From assembly GCA_035627615.1 (NCBI GenBank), contig DASPLL010000087.1:413-64412 (forward strand): a DNA stretch of 64,000 nucleotides, read 5' to 3'. Positions within the stretch are counted from its first letter, which is position 1. The number at the start of each line of letters is the position of its first letter. The notes beneath the pieces are model-generated. The model saw only the letters and a list, made by a program, of their open reading frames with translations. It was not told the origin of the DNA and searched no databases. Both the position numbers and the translations under genes were made by a program. This DNA comes from Clostridia bacterium (lineage in GTDB: Bacteria; Bacillota; Clostridia; Lutisporales; Lutisporaceae). Of this stretch, positions 19,509 to 28,729 are shown one piece after another.

Positions 19509-20252
19509 ATGGAAAGTATTAATAAGAAGATACTTGCTCTTTCTATAATTATGGCATTGGTTACTTGCCTGCTGTTGTATTTCTACATCTCAAAGCCGGA
19601 TAATCACAGTTCTGTTATTGAGTATACCGAAATATATGCGGCCAAAGTGGAAATTCCGGCAAGGACAGTAGTCACGGATGAGATGATAGTAAAGGTTCAG
19701 TTCCCCAAAGATGCCAAGGTCACAATGGGATTATCGGATAGGAGCCGGATAGTTGGGAAACTTACGAAGGAAAGGATCATAAAGGGTGAAGCCATACTAT
19801 CGGACAGGCTGTATGCAGGTGAAAAGACCAATATGGCATTTATTATTCCTGTGGGAAAGCGTGCTGTGACAATAGGGGTCAATGAGGTCACAGAAGTGGG
19901 GGATTACATATTACCGGGAGATAATGTGGATGTTATTGCAACCTTCGAAGAGGCGGCTGTGGAGCTTGAAGGACGCAAGATATATTACCCGAAATACACA
20001 AAGGTCATATTGCAGAATGTGCAGGTAATGGGGGTAGGTCAGAATATGCAGGTCCTGAAGGAAAAAGGTGGAAAGCTGCCGGCCAGCGTTACGCTGGCTG
20101 TGAGCCTGGAGGAAGCAGAAAAGCTTGTTCTGGCTGACGAAAGCGGAGTTCTGAGGCTTGCTCTTAAGCCGGCTGCAGATAACAGCAGGATTATGACCAC
20201 CGGTGTTATAAGGGATGATATGGTAATACCCAAAGGTAAAATTGAAAATTAG
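19509..20252 (+). CDS. cpaB: Flp pilus assembly protein CpaB/RcpC
   Basis: ATG 19509 follows GGAGAGGTGG (track start 19485). N-terminal TM, a SAF-like domain and the RcpC beta region. Confidence 0.8.
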   Translation: MESINKKILALSIIMALVTCLLLYFYISKPDNHSSVIEYTEIYAAKVEIPARTVVTDEMIVKVQFPKDAKVTMGLSDRSRIVGKLTKERIIKGEAILSDRLYAGEKTNMAFIIPVGKRAVTIGVNEVTEVGDYILPGDNVDVIATFEEAAVELEGRKIYYPKYTKVILQNVQVMGVGQNMQVLKEKGGKLPASVTLAVSLEEAEKLVLADESGVLRLALKPAADNSRIMTTGVIRDDMVIPKGKIEN

Positions 20253-20275
20253 GAGTCAAGGAGCAAGGTGGTAAA

Positions 20276-21466
20276 ATGGAAAATAAAATAAAAGTTGTGG
20301 TAGTTGATGATTCAGAGCAGACCAGAGAGAACATCGCAGCTATAATGAGCTTTGAGAAGGATATCGAGATAGTGGGAGAAGCCGGCAATGGAGCTGATGC
20401 AATAGATATTGTCAAGGAGAGAAGGCCGGATATTGTTCTTATGGATATAAACATGCCTGTAATGGATGGGCTGAAAAGCACACAAGCTCTGACTGAAGAT
20501 GGGGTGGAAGCCTCGATAATAATGATGTCCATTCAGGGTGAAGGAGAATACATAAAAAAGGCTATGTCTGCAGGTGCCCGTGACTATGTAGTAAAGCCGT
20601 TCGGCGTAAAAGAACTGGTAGATACCGTAAGGCGGGTATATGAGCTGGAAATGAGCAAGAAGAGAAAAAGTGGGAATGCAGCTGTGAACAATGTAGCTTC
20701 CAGGATAATAAGCGTTTTTTCCACAAAGGGAGGAGTAGGAAAGACAACGGTAGCAACCAATCTGGCTGTGGCACTTTCTAATCTGACAGGTAAAAAGGTT
20801 GCACTGCTTGATCTCGACCTGCAGTTCGGTGATGTTGCTATTTGTCTGAACCTATATGTCAAGAATTCCATAACAGAGCTTGTGAAGGATTTTGCCAATA
20901 TTGAGCAGGATCCTAGCTTAATAGAGGAATATCTTCTTGCTCACTATTCAGGGATAAAGGTTCTGGCTGCACCCATTGAGCCTGAAAATGCCGAATATGT
21001 CACAGCCGGACATATAAAAAAGATAATTGAGAATATGAAGGGCAAATATGACTATATAATCATAGACACTTCTCATGGCTTTAATGATACTATAATTACT
21101 GCCCTGGATATGTCTGACTTGATAATATACATTTCTACCCTGGATCTGCCGTCAATAAAGAATACAAAAAACGGACTCGGAATAATGAAATCGTTAAATT
21201 ACCCCAATGAGAAGGTAAAGATCGTAATAAATAAGCTGAATGAAGGCTTCGGGGTAAAGCATACAGATTTTGAGAGTGCTCTGGGGGTAGAGATTTGGGC
21301 AATGATACCGGACGACCTTGCATCAGTGACATTGTCAGTCAATAATGGACATCCTCTTGTATCTCACCGCAGGGCATCGTCGGTATCAAAAAAGATATAC
21401 AGGCTGGCGCAGAGTGTTGTAGGTGAAGAAAAGGTCAAAAGGAAGATATTCGCAGCAGCATTCTGA
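20276..21466 (+). CDS. Response-regulator receiver fused to a CpaE/TadZ-type ParA/MinD ATPase
   Basis: REC domain with DD (VVDDS), D (LMDINMP), S (MMSIQG) and K (VVKPF). This is followed by a deviant Walker A (STKGGVGKTT). Confidence 0.85.
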   Translation: MENKIKVVVVDDSEQTRENIAAIMSFEKDIEIVGEAGNGADAIDIVKERRPDIVLMDINMPVMDGLKSTQALTEDGVEASIIMMSIQGEGEYIKKAMSAGARDYVVKPFGVKELVDTVRRVYELEMSKKRKSGNAAVNNVASRIISVFSTKGGVGKTTVATNLAVALSNLTGKKVALLDLDLQFGDVAICLNLYVKNSITELVKDFANIEQDPSLIEEYLLAHYSGIKVLAAPIEPENAEYVTAGHIKKIIENMKGKYDYIIIDTSHGFNDTIITALDMSDLIIYISTLDLPSIKNTKNGLGIMKSLNYPNEKVKIVINKLNEGFGVKHTDFESALGVEIWAMIPDDLASVTLSVNNGHPLVSHRRASSVSKKIYRLAQSVVGEEKVKRKIFAAAF

Positions 21467-21549
21467 ACAGGCGGTAAGGGCTCTCTAGATGTTGCGGATT
21501 GCGGGTTACGCGTAACAATACCATTAATGAATACCCGGGAGGCGATCAT

Positions 21550-22899
21550 ATGAGCTTGCTTAAGAGGATAGAGCAGGAGAAAAAAGGCGAATCATCAGCG
21601 GAAGGGAGGCAGCCAGGCAAGGAGAACAGGAGGGAAGATCCCCTCAGTGAGGTAAAAAGCATAATTCATAAGAAAATTATTGAGAGAATAGATACAAGCA
21701 TACTGAACAGTGAAGATGAAGAGCTGAGACTCAATGCTGAAATAGCTGAAATAGTGGAAGAGACTCTAAAGGAGAAGGAGCTGCACTTTTCACGCACTGA
21801 GCGGCAGACAATGATAAACTATATTATCGATGAGTCCATAGGTTTCGGACCGATAAGCAAATACCTTATGGATGAGGAAGTATCAGAGATAATGGTCAAC
21901 GGGCCCGAACAGGTCTATGTTGAGAAGAAAGGATGCCTGGAGCTTACTGATGCATGCTTTGAGGATAATCAGCATGTGATGCGGATCATTGAAAAGATTG
22001 TGTCCCCCCTGGGAAGAAGGATAGATGAGAGCTCTCCAATGGTTGATGCGCGGCTTCCTGATGGTTCCAGGGTGAATGCGGTGATCCCACCGCTATCCCT
22101 TAACGGACCGACAATAACAATAAGAAAATTCGCCAAAAAGCCTTATAGTGTGGGAAATCTGATTTCCTTCGGTACCCTTACCCCGGATATGGCACTCTTT
22201 ATTGAGGCTTGTATAAAGGCGCGGCTTAATATAGTAGTATCAGGAGGTACGGGAAGCGGTAAGACAACGACCCTGAATGTACTTTCTTCCTTCATTCCTG
22301 ATGATGAAAGAATACTTACGATAGAAGATGCTGCAGAGCTGCAGCTCAGGCAAGTACATGTAGTGAGACTTGAGAGCAGGCCTGCAAACATAGAAGGTAA
22401 AGGGGTGATCAGCATAAGGGAACTGGTGAGGAACGCCCTCAGAATGAGACCTGACAGAATAGTCATAGGAGAGGTCAGAGGAGGAGAAGCCCTGGACATG
22501 CTGCAGGCGATGAATACCGGACATGATGGTTCACTTACCACAGGACACTCTAATTCTCCCCGGGATATGCTGTCCAGGTTGGAAACGATGGTGCTTATGG
22601 CCGGTATGGATCTGCCGGTAAGGGCGATAAGAGAGCAAATAGCGTCGGCGATTGATATCATAATACAGCAGACAAGGTTGAAGGACGGCAGCAGGAAGAT
22701 AACGCATGTTACTGAAGTGCAGGGAATGGAGAAGGATACGATAATACTTCAGGATATATTCGTATTCAATGAGAAGGGAATGGATGAGAAGGGCAGGGTA
22801 ATGGGAAGCTTTACTGCAACAGGGATAAGACCGAAATTCATGGAAAAGCTCGCAAATACCAGGATCCCCTTATCAAATAGCCTGTTTAATCAGGTATGA
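21550..22899 (+). CDS. cpaF: CpaF/TadA secretion ATPase
   Basis: ATG 21550 follows GGGAGG (track start 21499). Walker A GGTGSGKTT and VirB11/GspE-type boxes (GEVRGGEALDMLQAMNTGHDGSLTTGH). Confidence 0.92.
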   Translation: MSLLKRIEQEKKGESSAEGRQPGKENRREDPLSEVKSIIHKKIIERIDTSILNSEDEELRLNAEIAEIVEETLKEKELHFSRTERQTMINYIIDESIGFGPISKYLMDEEVSEIMVNGPEQVYVEKKGCLELTDACFEDNQHVMRIIEKIVSPLGRRIDESSPMVDARLPDGSRVNAVIPPLSLNGPTITIRKFAKKPYSVGNLISFGTLTPDMALFIEACIKARLNIVVSGGTGSGKTTTLNVLSSFIPDDERILTIEDAAELQLRQVHVVRLESRPANIEGKGVISIRELVRNALRMRPDRIVIGEVRGGEALDMLQAMNTGHDGSLTTGHSNSPRDMLSRLETMVLMAGMDLPVRAIREQIASAIDIIIQQTRLKDGSRKITHVTEVQGMEKDTIILQDIFVFNEKGMDEKGRVMGSFTATGIRPKFMEKLANTRIPLSNSLFNQV

Positions 22900-22917
22900 G
22901 AAAAGAGAGGTTGCAGA

Positions 22918-23883
22918 ATGCTTGAGTTTTTATTGCTTTTGTTATTTGTGAGCCTGACACTTGTGACATATTTAGTGTTTGACTGTTTTACCGGCAGGAG
23001 AAATATATATACAAGAATGAAACAATATCTTAATCCTGATAGGGAAAGGGAAAAGCTTGAAAGAGAAAAGGGTCTTCCCTGGCGGGATGGCCTTGCAGCT
23101 TTTGGAAAGACCCTTGGGAGAAGCAGATGGGGGAGCAGGTATAAAGAGCGGATTGAAATACAGCTTGTTCAGGCTCATTTGCCGCTTAAGCCGGAAGAGT
23201 ATATAGCTATAAATATATTAGTCCTTTTTGCGGCGGCTTCAGCTTTTCTTATCCTGACGGAAAGCCTGGCTGCGGCGGCGGCTGGGGGGTTGCTGGCAGC
23301 ATGCGTACCTGAATTTTTTGTCCGCTCAAGGAAGAAGAGGATAATACATAAGATTGATCAGCAATTGCCTGATACAATAGCCTTGGTATCAAACACCCTG
23401 AAATCGGGATATAGCTTTATCCAGGCAATTGATACAGCTGCAAGAGAGCTTCCGCCGCCTATTTCCCTGGAATTCCGGCAGATATTGAAGGAAATAAACC
23501 TTGGAGAGAACACGGAAAAAGCCCTGGAGAGCCTGAGTAAAAGAGTGCAGAGCCAGGATCTGGAGCTTATTATAATCGCAGTGCTTATACAAAGACAAAT
23601 AGGGGGTAACCTTTCGGAGGTCCTGGACAATATATCTGAAACAATCCGTTCAAGAATAAAGATCAAGGGTGAAATCAGGATACTGACGGCTCAAGGAAGG
23701 GTTTCCGGCTTTATTATATCGTTTATGCCGGCAGCTCTTGGAGCCGTACTTTATCTTATAAACCCTTCTTATATTTCTGTTCTTTTTGAGTACCCCGCCG
23801 GACTTGCAATGCTGATTCTGGCGGCGTGCATGCAAGGCATCGGAATTTATCTTATAAGGAGAATTATAAGGATCGAGGTGTAG
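22918..23883 (+). CDS. tadB: TadB (type II secretion system F family)
   Basis: T2SSF domain (LPDTIALVSNTLKSGYSFIQAI...) with flanking TM helices. Confidence 0.85.
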   Translation: MLEFLLLLLFVSLTLVTYLVFDCFTGRRNIYTRMKQYLNPDREREKLEREKGLPWRDGLAAFGKTLGRSRWGSRYKERIEIQLVQAHLPLKPEEYIAINILVLFAAASAFLILTESLAAAAAGGLLAACVPEFFVRSRKKRIIHKIDQQLPDTIALVSNTLKSGYSFIQAIDTAARELPPPISLEFRQILKEINLGENTEKALESLSKRVQSQDLELIIIAVLIQRQIGGNLSEVLDNISETIRSRIKIKGEIRILTAQGRVSGFIISFMPAALGAVLYLINPSYISVLFEYPAGLAMLILAACMQGIGIYLIRRIIRIEV

Positions 23884-23885
23884 TT

Positions 23886-24800
23886 ATGCTTGCGGCTGTT
23901 ATGATAGGCGTATTTTCAACAGTAGGTTTTTCTTCATATATGCTTCTAAACCTGCTTTTTAAGAATGAACTGCTTATTCAGAAGAGAATAAAGCAATTTA
24001 TCCATATAAATACAAAAGAGAATAGCGCGATGGAGGGTTCATTTACAGATAGGGTTATAAAGCCCGGTATGGCAAAACTCAGTCGTTTTCTGAACAGGAT
24101 CACCCCCAGACACTATTACAACCAGATGGAAATGAGGATAAAAGAGGCAGGCAGCCCAAGAGGCATAAGTGTCGGAGGTATTCTCCTCTTCCAAATATGC
24201 CTGATTTGCATATCTGTTGCAGCAGCAGCCGTCATGCTGGCAGCTACGGATATTCCGCTAATAAAAGTCATGGTTGTACTATGTGCCTTATTAGGTATAG
24301 TCAGTATCCTTCCCAAATACTATCTCAAGCATAGGATTGCGGAACGACAGAAAGAGATCGAAAGGTGTCTGCCCGATGTACTTGACATGCTTACTGTATC
24401 GATAGAAGCGGGTTTGAGCTTTGACGGTGCAGTAGCGAAGCTGGTTGAAAAAATGACAGGGGTGCTTGTACAGGAGTTTTCCATAGTCCTGAAGGAAATG
24501 AGAGTCGGGGTATCGAAGAAGGATGCGTTCCGGTCTCTTCTGGAAAGAGTACCTGTTCCAAGTCTTGTAACCTTTATAGGTGCAATAATACAAGCAGATC
24601 AATTGGGTATAAGCATAGGAAATGTACTCAGGATCCAATCCTCTCTGGTAAGGCAGAAAAGACGGCAGAAGACCCAGGAGAACGCTATGAAGGCGCCTAT
24701 AAAGATGCTGCTGCCAATGATAGTATTCATATTTCCCACTATATTCATAGTACTTCTTGGGCCGGTGCTGATCAAAATGATGAAGGCCTTTGCCCGTTAA
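23886..24800 (+). CDS. tadC: TadC (type II secretion system F family)
   Basis: ATG 23886 lies 2 nt after the tadB stop (track start 23826 overlaps tadB). T2SSF domain (LPDVLDMLTVSIEAGLSFDGAV). Confidence 0.85.
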   Translation: MLAAVMIGVFSTVGFSSYMLLNLLFKNELLIQKRIKQFIHINTKENSAMEGSFTDRVIKPGMAKLSRFLNRITPRHYYNQMEMRIKEAGSPRGISVGGILLFQICLICISVAAAAVMLAATDIPLIKVMVVLCALLGIVSILPKYYLKHRIAERQKEIERCLPDVLDMLTVSIEAGLSFDGAVAKLVEKMTGVLVQEFSIVLKEMRVGVSKKDAFRSLLERVPVPSLVTFIGAIIQADQLGISIGNVLRIQSSLVRQKRRQKTQENAMKAPIKMLLPMIVFIFPTIFIVLLGPVLIKMMKAFAR

Positions 24801-24854
24801 ACATGAAGTAACGTCAGAAAAATATCTGACATGAGATATTTACGGAGGTGGCAC

Positions 24855-25193
24855 GTGCTATACAACGTAACAAAGAAAACAGTGGTAGTCAATAACCTCA
24901 GAATAGCCGGAAGCTTTAAGGAACGCCTTACAGGACTCATGTTCAGGAAAAGCATCGGCAGCAGCGAAGGACTTATGCTGATGGGCTGCAACGCGATACA
25001 TACATGTTTTATGAGATTCTCGCTGGATGTCGTATTCATGGATATGAATTACAGGGTAGTATATATAAAGGAAAAAATAAAACCGTGGCGGCAAAGCGGT
25101 TTTATTCACAAAGCACATATAGCTCTGGAATTGCCGGAAGGCACGGTCAATAAGAAAAATATTGCAGTCGGTGATATTTTATTTCCGGGATGA
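24855..25193 (+). CDS. DUF192 (COG1430) family protein
   Basis: GTG 24855 lies 6 nt after GGAGG. FKERLTGLMFRKS...GLMLMGCNAIHTCFMRFSLDVVFMD matches the DUF192 pattern. Confidence 0.65.
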   Translation: MLYNVTKKTVVVNNLRIAGSFKERLTGLMFRKSIGSSEGLMLMGCNAIHTCFMRFSLDVVFMDMNYRVVYIKEKIKPWRQSGFIHKAHIALELPEGTVNKKNIAVGDILFPG

Positions 25194-25204
25194 AGCACTC
25201 AGCG

Positions 25205-25741
25205 CTAAAGCTTCACATACTTCCCGAGTCTTAAAGTGATAAGTGCTGCGATCGCTATCTTAACAATATCTCCTGGTATAAAGGGAAGTGCGCCGAATAT
25301 GATCGCATTCGGGATGCCTATTCCGGTAACATAGTTCAGCCACAATACGCCAAAGGCATATACCACAAGGATCCCACCTGCTGCATTTATTATCAGAAGC
25401 TTTATTAATCCAGGCTTTTCTCCCTTCAGTGCAGATATGAAAACAGCTCCGGCCAGGAAACCGATAAGATAGCCTCCGGTTTTTCCTAATATAATACCCA
25501 GGCCGGCAGCACCGCCTGAGAAAACAGGAAGGCCGATTGCGCCCATCAAAAGGAAGACAAGCACACTGGCAAAGGTATGTCCCACAGGCAGAAGACTGCC
25601 TGCCAGCATAACTGCAAGCGTCTGGGCAGTTACCGGAACTGTGGAAAAGGGCAGGGGTATGGAAATATAACCTGACACTGCTATCAATGTAGTGAATAAT
25701 GATATGTAGCTTATGTCCCTGACTGAAAATCTCTTATGCAT
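25205..25741 (-). CDS. bioY: Biotin transporter BioY (ECF S-component)
   Basis: 178 aa with 5-6 TM helices and a typical BioY sequence (PVTAQTLAVMLAGSLLP ... GGYLIGF). A BirA operator lies upstream. Confidence 0.9.
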   Translation of the reverse strand: MHKRFSVRDISYISLFTTLIAVSGYISIPLPFSTVPVTAQTLAVMLAGSLLPVGHTFASVLVFLLMGAIGLPVFSGGAAGLGIILGKTGGYLIGFLAGAVFISALKGEKPGLIKLLIINAAGGILVVYAFGVLWLNYVTGIGIPNAIIFGALPFIPGDIVKIAIAALITLRLGKYVKL

Positions 25742-25795
25742 ATTTATCCTCCAATGGTGATTTTATGATTACAGAATTAATTATATACAGATACA

Positions 25796-25839
25796 TTTCA
25801 ATTGTCAACCATTAAATTCAATATGGTTGACAATTGAAA
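25796..25839. promoter_or_regulatory. BirA (biotin repressor) operator upstream of bioY
   Basis: Perfect 17-bp inverted repeat tttcaattgtcaaccat-N10-atggttgacaattgaaa. It contains the Firmicute BirA half-sites TGTCAACC / GGTTGACA. Confidence 0.8.
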
Positions 25840-25879
25840 TATAAAATATCCTTCATATGTAGAGTATGAAGGAAAAGCT

Positions 25880-28474
25880 TTATATTGCCGCCTGTATATA
25901 CTTTTGAAGCTCTGTAAGGGGCAGGGGCTTGCTTATAAGGAAGCCTTGAAGCTCATCACATTCCATCTGTTTGAGCAGGGACATCTGTTCTGAGGTTTCC
26001 ACACCTTCTGCAGTGACCTTCAAGCTCAGGCTGTGAGCTACATCTATTATTGATTTGACAATAGTCTTGGTATTCAGGTCATTCTCCATATCACATATGA
26101 AGGATCTGTCTATTTTCAGAATGTTAATCGGGAAATACCTTAAATAGTTGAGGGAGGAATAACCGGTACCAAAATCGTCGATTGATATATTGACTCCCAT
26201 TTCATTGAGCCTGTTTAAGGTTTTTATTGTAAAATCTATGTTTTCCATAGCAGTGGTCTCAGTGATCTCAAGCTCCAGCTCAGATGGCGTGAAGGAGGTT
26301 TCATAAAGAACCTGCTCTATGGTATCCACAAGATTGTGATTCCTGAACTGATAGGCGGAAAGATTCACAGATAGCCTCAGAGGGCTGCTGCAGGCTTTCT
26401 TAAGGTTTATAAACTGCGAGCATGCAGTCAGAAGCACCCAGGTATCCAGCTGCTTTATAAGGCCTAATTCTTCTGCCAGGGGAATGAACACATCAGGACC
26501 TATAAGTCCTTTTTCCGGATGCTGCCATCTTACTAGTGCTTCCATCCCGACCACCATTCCCGTATCACTGTTTATTTTGGGCTGATAGTGAAGGAGCATC
26601 TCATTGCGTTCCAGGGCTGTATGCAGATCCTTTGTAAGTGAGAACCTGCGCATAACTTTTTCATCATCCAGTACAATATAGCTTTGATATGTATTCCTGC
26701 CATTAGCCTTTGCGTTATAAAGGGCAGTATCCGCGTGCTTCATAATGACCTCCGGCTCCAGACCGTCTTCAGGATACACCGCTATGCCTATACTTGCAGT
26801 TATGTACAGCTCATGCCCATCGATAACATATTCGTGTCCCAATGCTTCTATTGCTCTGCGTGCAAGCTCATTTGCCTGTTCCAGTCTGTCAATCTGAGGC
26901 ATGAGAATTGTGAACTCATCCCCCCCCATCCTGGCAAGGACGTCATTTCCGTTAAGAACTCTGATCAGCCTCGCTGCTGCTTGCTGAAGCAGTTTATCTC
27001 CGATATGATGGCCAAGGGAATTGTTTATATTCTTGAAATAATCAAGGTCGATAATAAGGACGGCCAGCTTGCTTTTATACCTGCCGGCGCTTTCAACTGC
27101 GCTGTTCAGATACTGTTGAAGGAGCTTTCTGTTAGGTAAGTCTGTAAGACTGTCATAATACTCATGATACTTGATAGTCTCCTCAGACTGTTTTTTTTCA
27201 GATATATCCTGGAAAGTGACCAGTACACCTATTACTTCATCCATATCATTTTTAATCGGGGATGCGGAGCCAAGTATCAGATGCTGGGAACCACCTTCAG
27301 ATATAAGTATGTTAAGACTGTTGAAGTTGACCGGGCATCTGTTTTCAAGTACCTCTTTTACAGGAACCTCGTATCTCATTCCACTGTCTGTATCTATGAT
27401 ATTCAGAACCTCTTCCAGGGGCTTGTCTATGGAATCCTTCTCCAGGAAACCTGTGAGCTTTTCTGCTGCATGATTCATAAAGGTAATTCTGCCCTGGCTG
27501 TTTACTGCCACTACACCATCTGTTATGCTCAGGAGTGTAATACGGAGCAGCTCATGTTCCTTTTTAAGGCTGCTTGTGGCTTTATCAACCATTTTCCTGA
27601 GCTGTTTTATTATTGTATTGGAAAAAAACACAGTGGAGATTATAATAAACAGAAGAAACAGGCCCAGATATAAAACCATTCTCTGCTGATTGCTCCTGTA
27701 ATATTCTGAATGTCTGTAAAAATGTTTCTGGAAGACCTGTTCATATAAACCTGATCTTTGCAGCTTTTTGATCTGCTCATTAATGAATGGCACCAGTTCA
27801 GGCCTCGCTTTGCTGATACCAAAGGCCAGGTCAATAGGATAAAGATTTATGATATGAGGGGATATGTCCTTGGACAGCTGAAGCTTTACAAGCAAAAAGT
27901 TTGTTACTTCCTGGTTCCCAAGAATAATATCGATCCTGCCTTCCTTAAGGGCAAGGAGACAAGCCTCAAGATCCTTGAAGGTCAGGTAGTCCTTTATGCC
28001 CAGATCATTTTGAAGTATCGTCTCGGAGTAGTCGGATTTCTGCACTCCTATCCTATACCCTGCAATATCTGTTATTTCATTAATCTCTATATCCCTTCGC
28101 GCATAAACTGCTCTGAAGGTTTTGACTACAGGAGCGGAAAAAAGTATATCCTTCTTTCTGCTTTCACTTATAGCCAGCAAACCACATATGTCAATTTCAC
28201 CGTTTTTTATCCGTTCATAGACTTTGCTCCAGATATCCGAAGAATACCGGACATTGTAATTACCTGCGCTGAATATGATTTTCCCTATATCCATGCCGAA
28301 ACCATAAACTTCATTGCCGGAGGAGAATTCAAAAGGAGGGTGACTCTCATCTACCTGATATATAAGCTCAGTGGCGGGTTCTTCAGTAATGGAGGCGCTT
28401 GAAGCAAAGGAAGGGATCATTAAAGCCGGAATAATTATTAGTAAAACAATACTTTTGAAGATGCCTCTGAACAT
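25880..28474 (-). CDS. Periplasmic solute-binding (family 3) - TM - PAS - GGDEF - EAL signalling protein
   Basis: The likely start is M18 (28474), preceded by a purine-rich stretch; track start 28525 has no RBS. Has an SBP_bac_3-like N-domain, PAS, GGDEF (RMGGDEF) and EAL (EALVRW...DDFGTGYSSL). Confidence 0.88.
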   Translation of the reverse strand: MFRGIFKSIVLLIIIPALMIPSFASSASITEEPATELIYQVDESHPPFEFSSGNEVYGFGMDIGKIIFSAGNYNVRYSSDIWSKVYERIKNGEIDICGLLAISESRKKDILFSAPVVKTFRAVYARRDIEINEITDIAGYRIGVQKSDYSETILQNDLGIKDYLTFKDLEACLLALKEGRIDIILGNQEVTNFLLVKLQLSKDISPHIINLYPIDLAFGISKARPELVPFINEQIKKLQRSGLYEQVFQKHFYRHSEYYRSNQQRMVLYLGLFLLFIIISTVFFSNTIIKQLRKMVDKATSSLKKEHELLRITLLSITDGVVAVNSQGRITFMNHAAEKLTGFLEKDSIDKPLEEVLNIIDTDSGMRYEVPVKEVLENRCPVNFNSLNILISEGGSQHLILGSASPIKNDMDEVIGVLVTFQDISEKKQSEETIKYHEYYDSLTDLPNRKLLQQYLNSAVESAGRYKSKLAVLIIDLDYFKNINNSLGHHIGDKLLQQAAARLIRVLNGNDVLARMGGDEFTILMPQIDRLEQANELARRAIEALGHEYVIDGHELYITASIGIAVYPEDGLEPEVIMKHADTALYNAKANGRNTYQSYIVLDDEKVMRRFSLTKDLHTALERNEMLLHYQPKINSDTGMVVGMEALVRWQHPEKGLIGPDVFIPLAEELGLIKQLDTWVLLTACSQFINLKKACSSPLRLSVNLSAYQFRNHNLVDTIEQVLYETSFTPSELELEITETTAMENIDFTIKTLNRLNEMGVNISIDDFGTGYSSLNYLRYFPINILKIDRSFICDMENDLNTKTIVKSIIDVAHSLSLKVTAEGVETSEQMSLLKQMECDELQGFLISKPLPLTELQKYIQAAI

Positions 28475-28677
28475 AAATTTCCACTCACTTCCACTATAAT
28501 ATTCTGCTATAATATGCATTTGCATTTAAAATACTTACATAAATATATAATTTAAATATTCTGCATTAAACCCTATAATCCTTCATTATCAGATATGCGA
28601 TTAAAGAAAATTAGCGAATATTGTAAATATGTATGAGAATAGTGGGGATATGTTGATTTCACAGCGATAAGAGTAAT

Positions 28678-28710
28678 AAAAGAGACCTGTGATAATTCAC
28701 AGGTCTCTTT
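28678..28710 (-). terminator. Rho-independent terminator of gdhA
   Basis: Stem agagacctgtg / cacaggtctct. On the minus strand it is followed by ttttatt. Confidence 0.8.
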
Positions 28711-28729
28711 GAAGCTGCAACTGTTGATT

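Noticed and set aside
26684-28402. Several plus-strand ORFs (151-214 aa) opposite the GGDEF-EAL gene
   Set aside because: They are antisense to a long gene with clear SBP-PAS-GGDEF-EAL domain order, and their translations are low-complexity.
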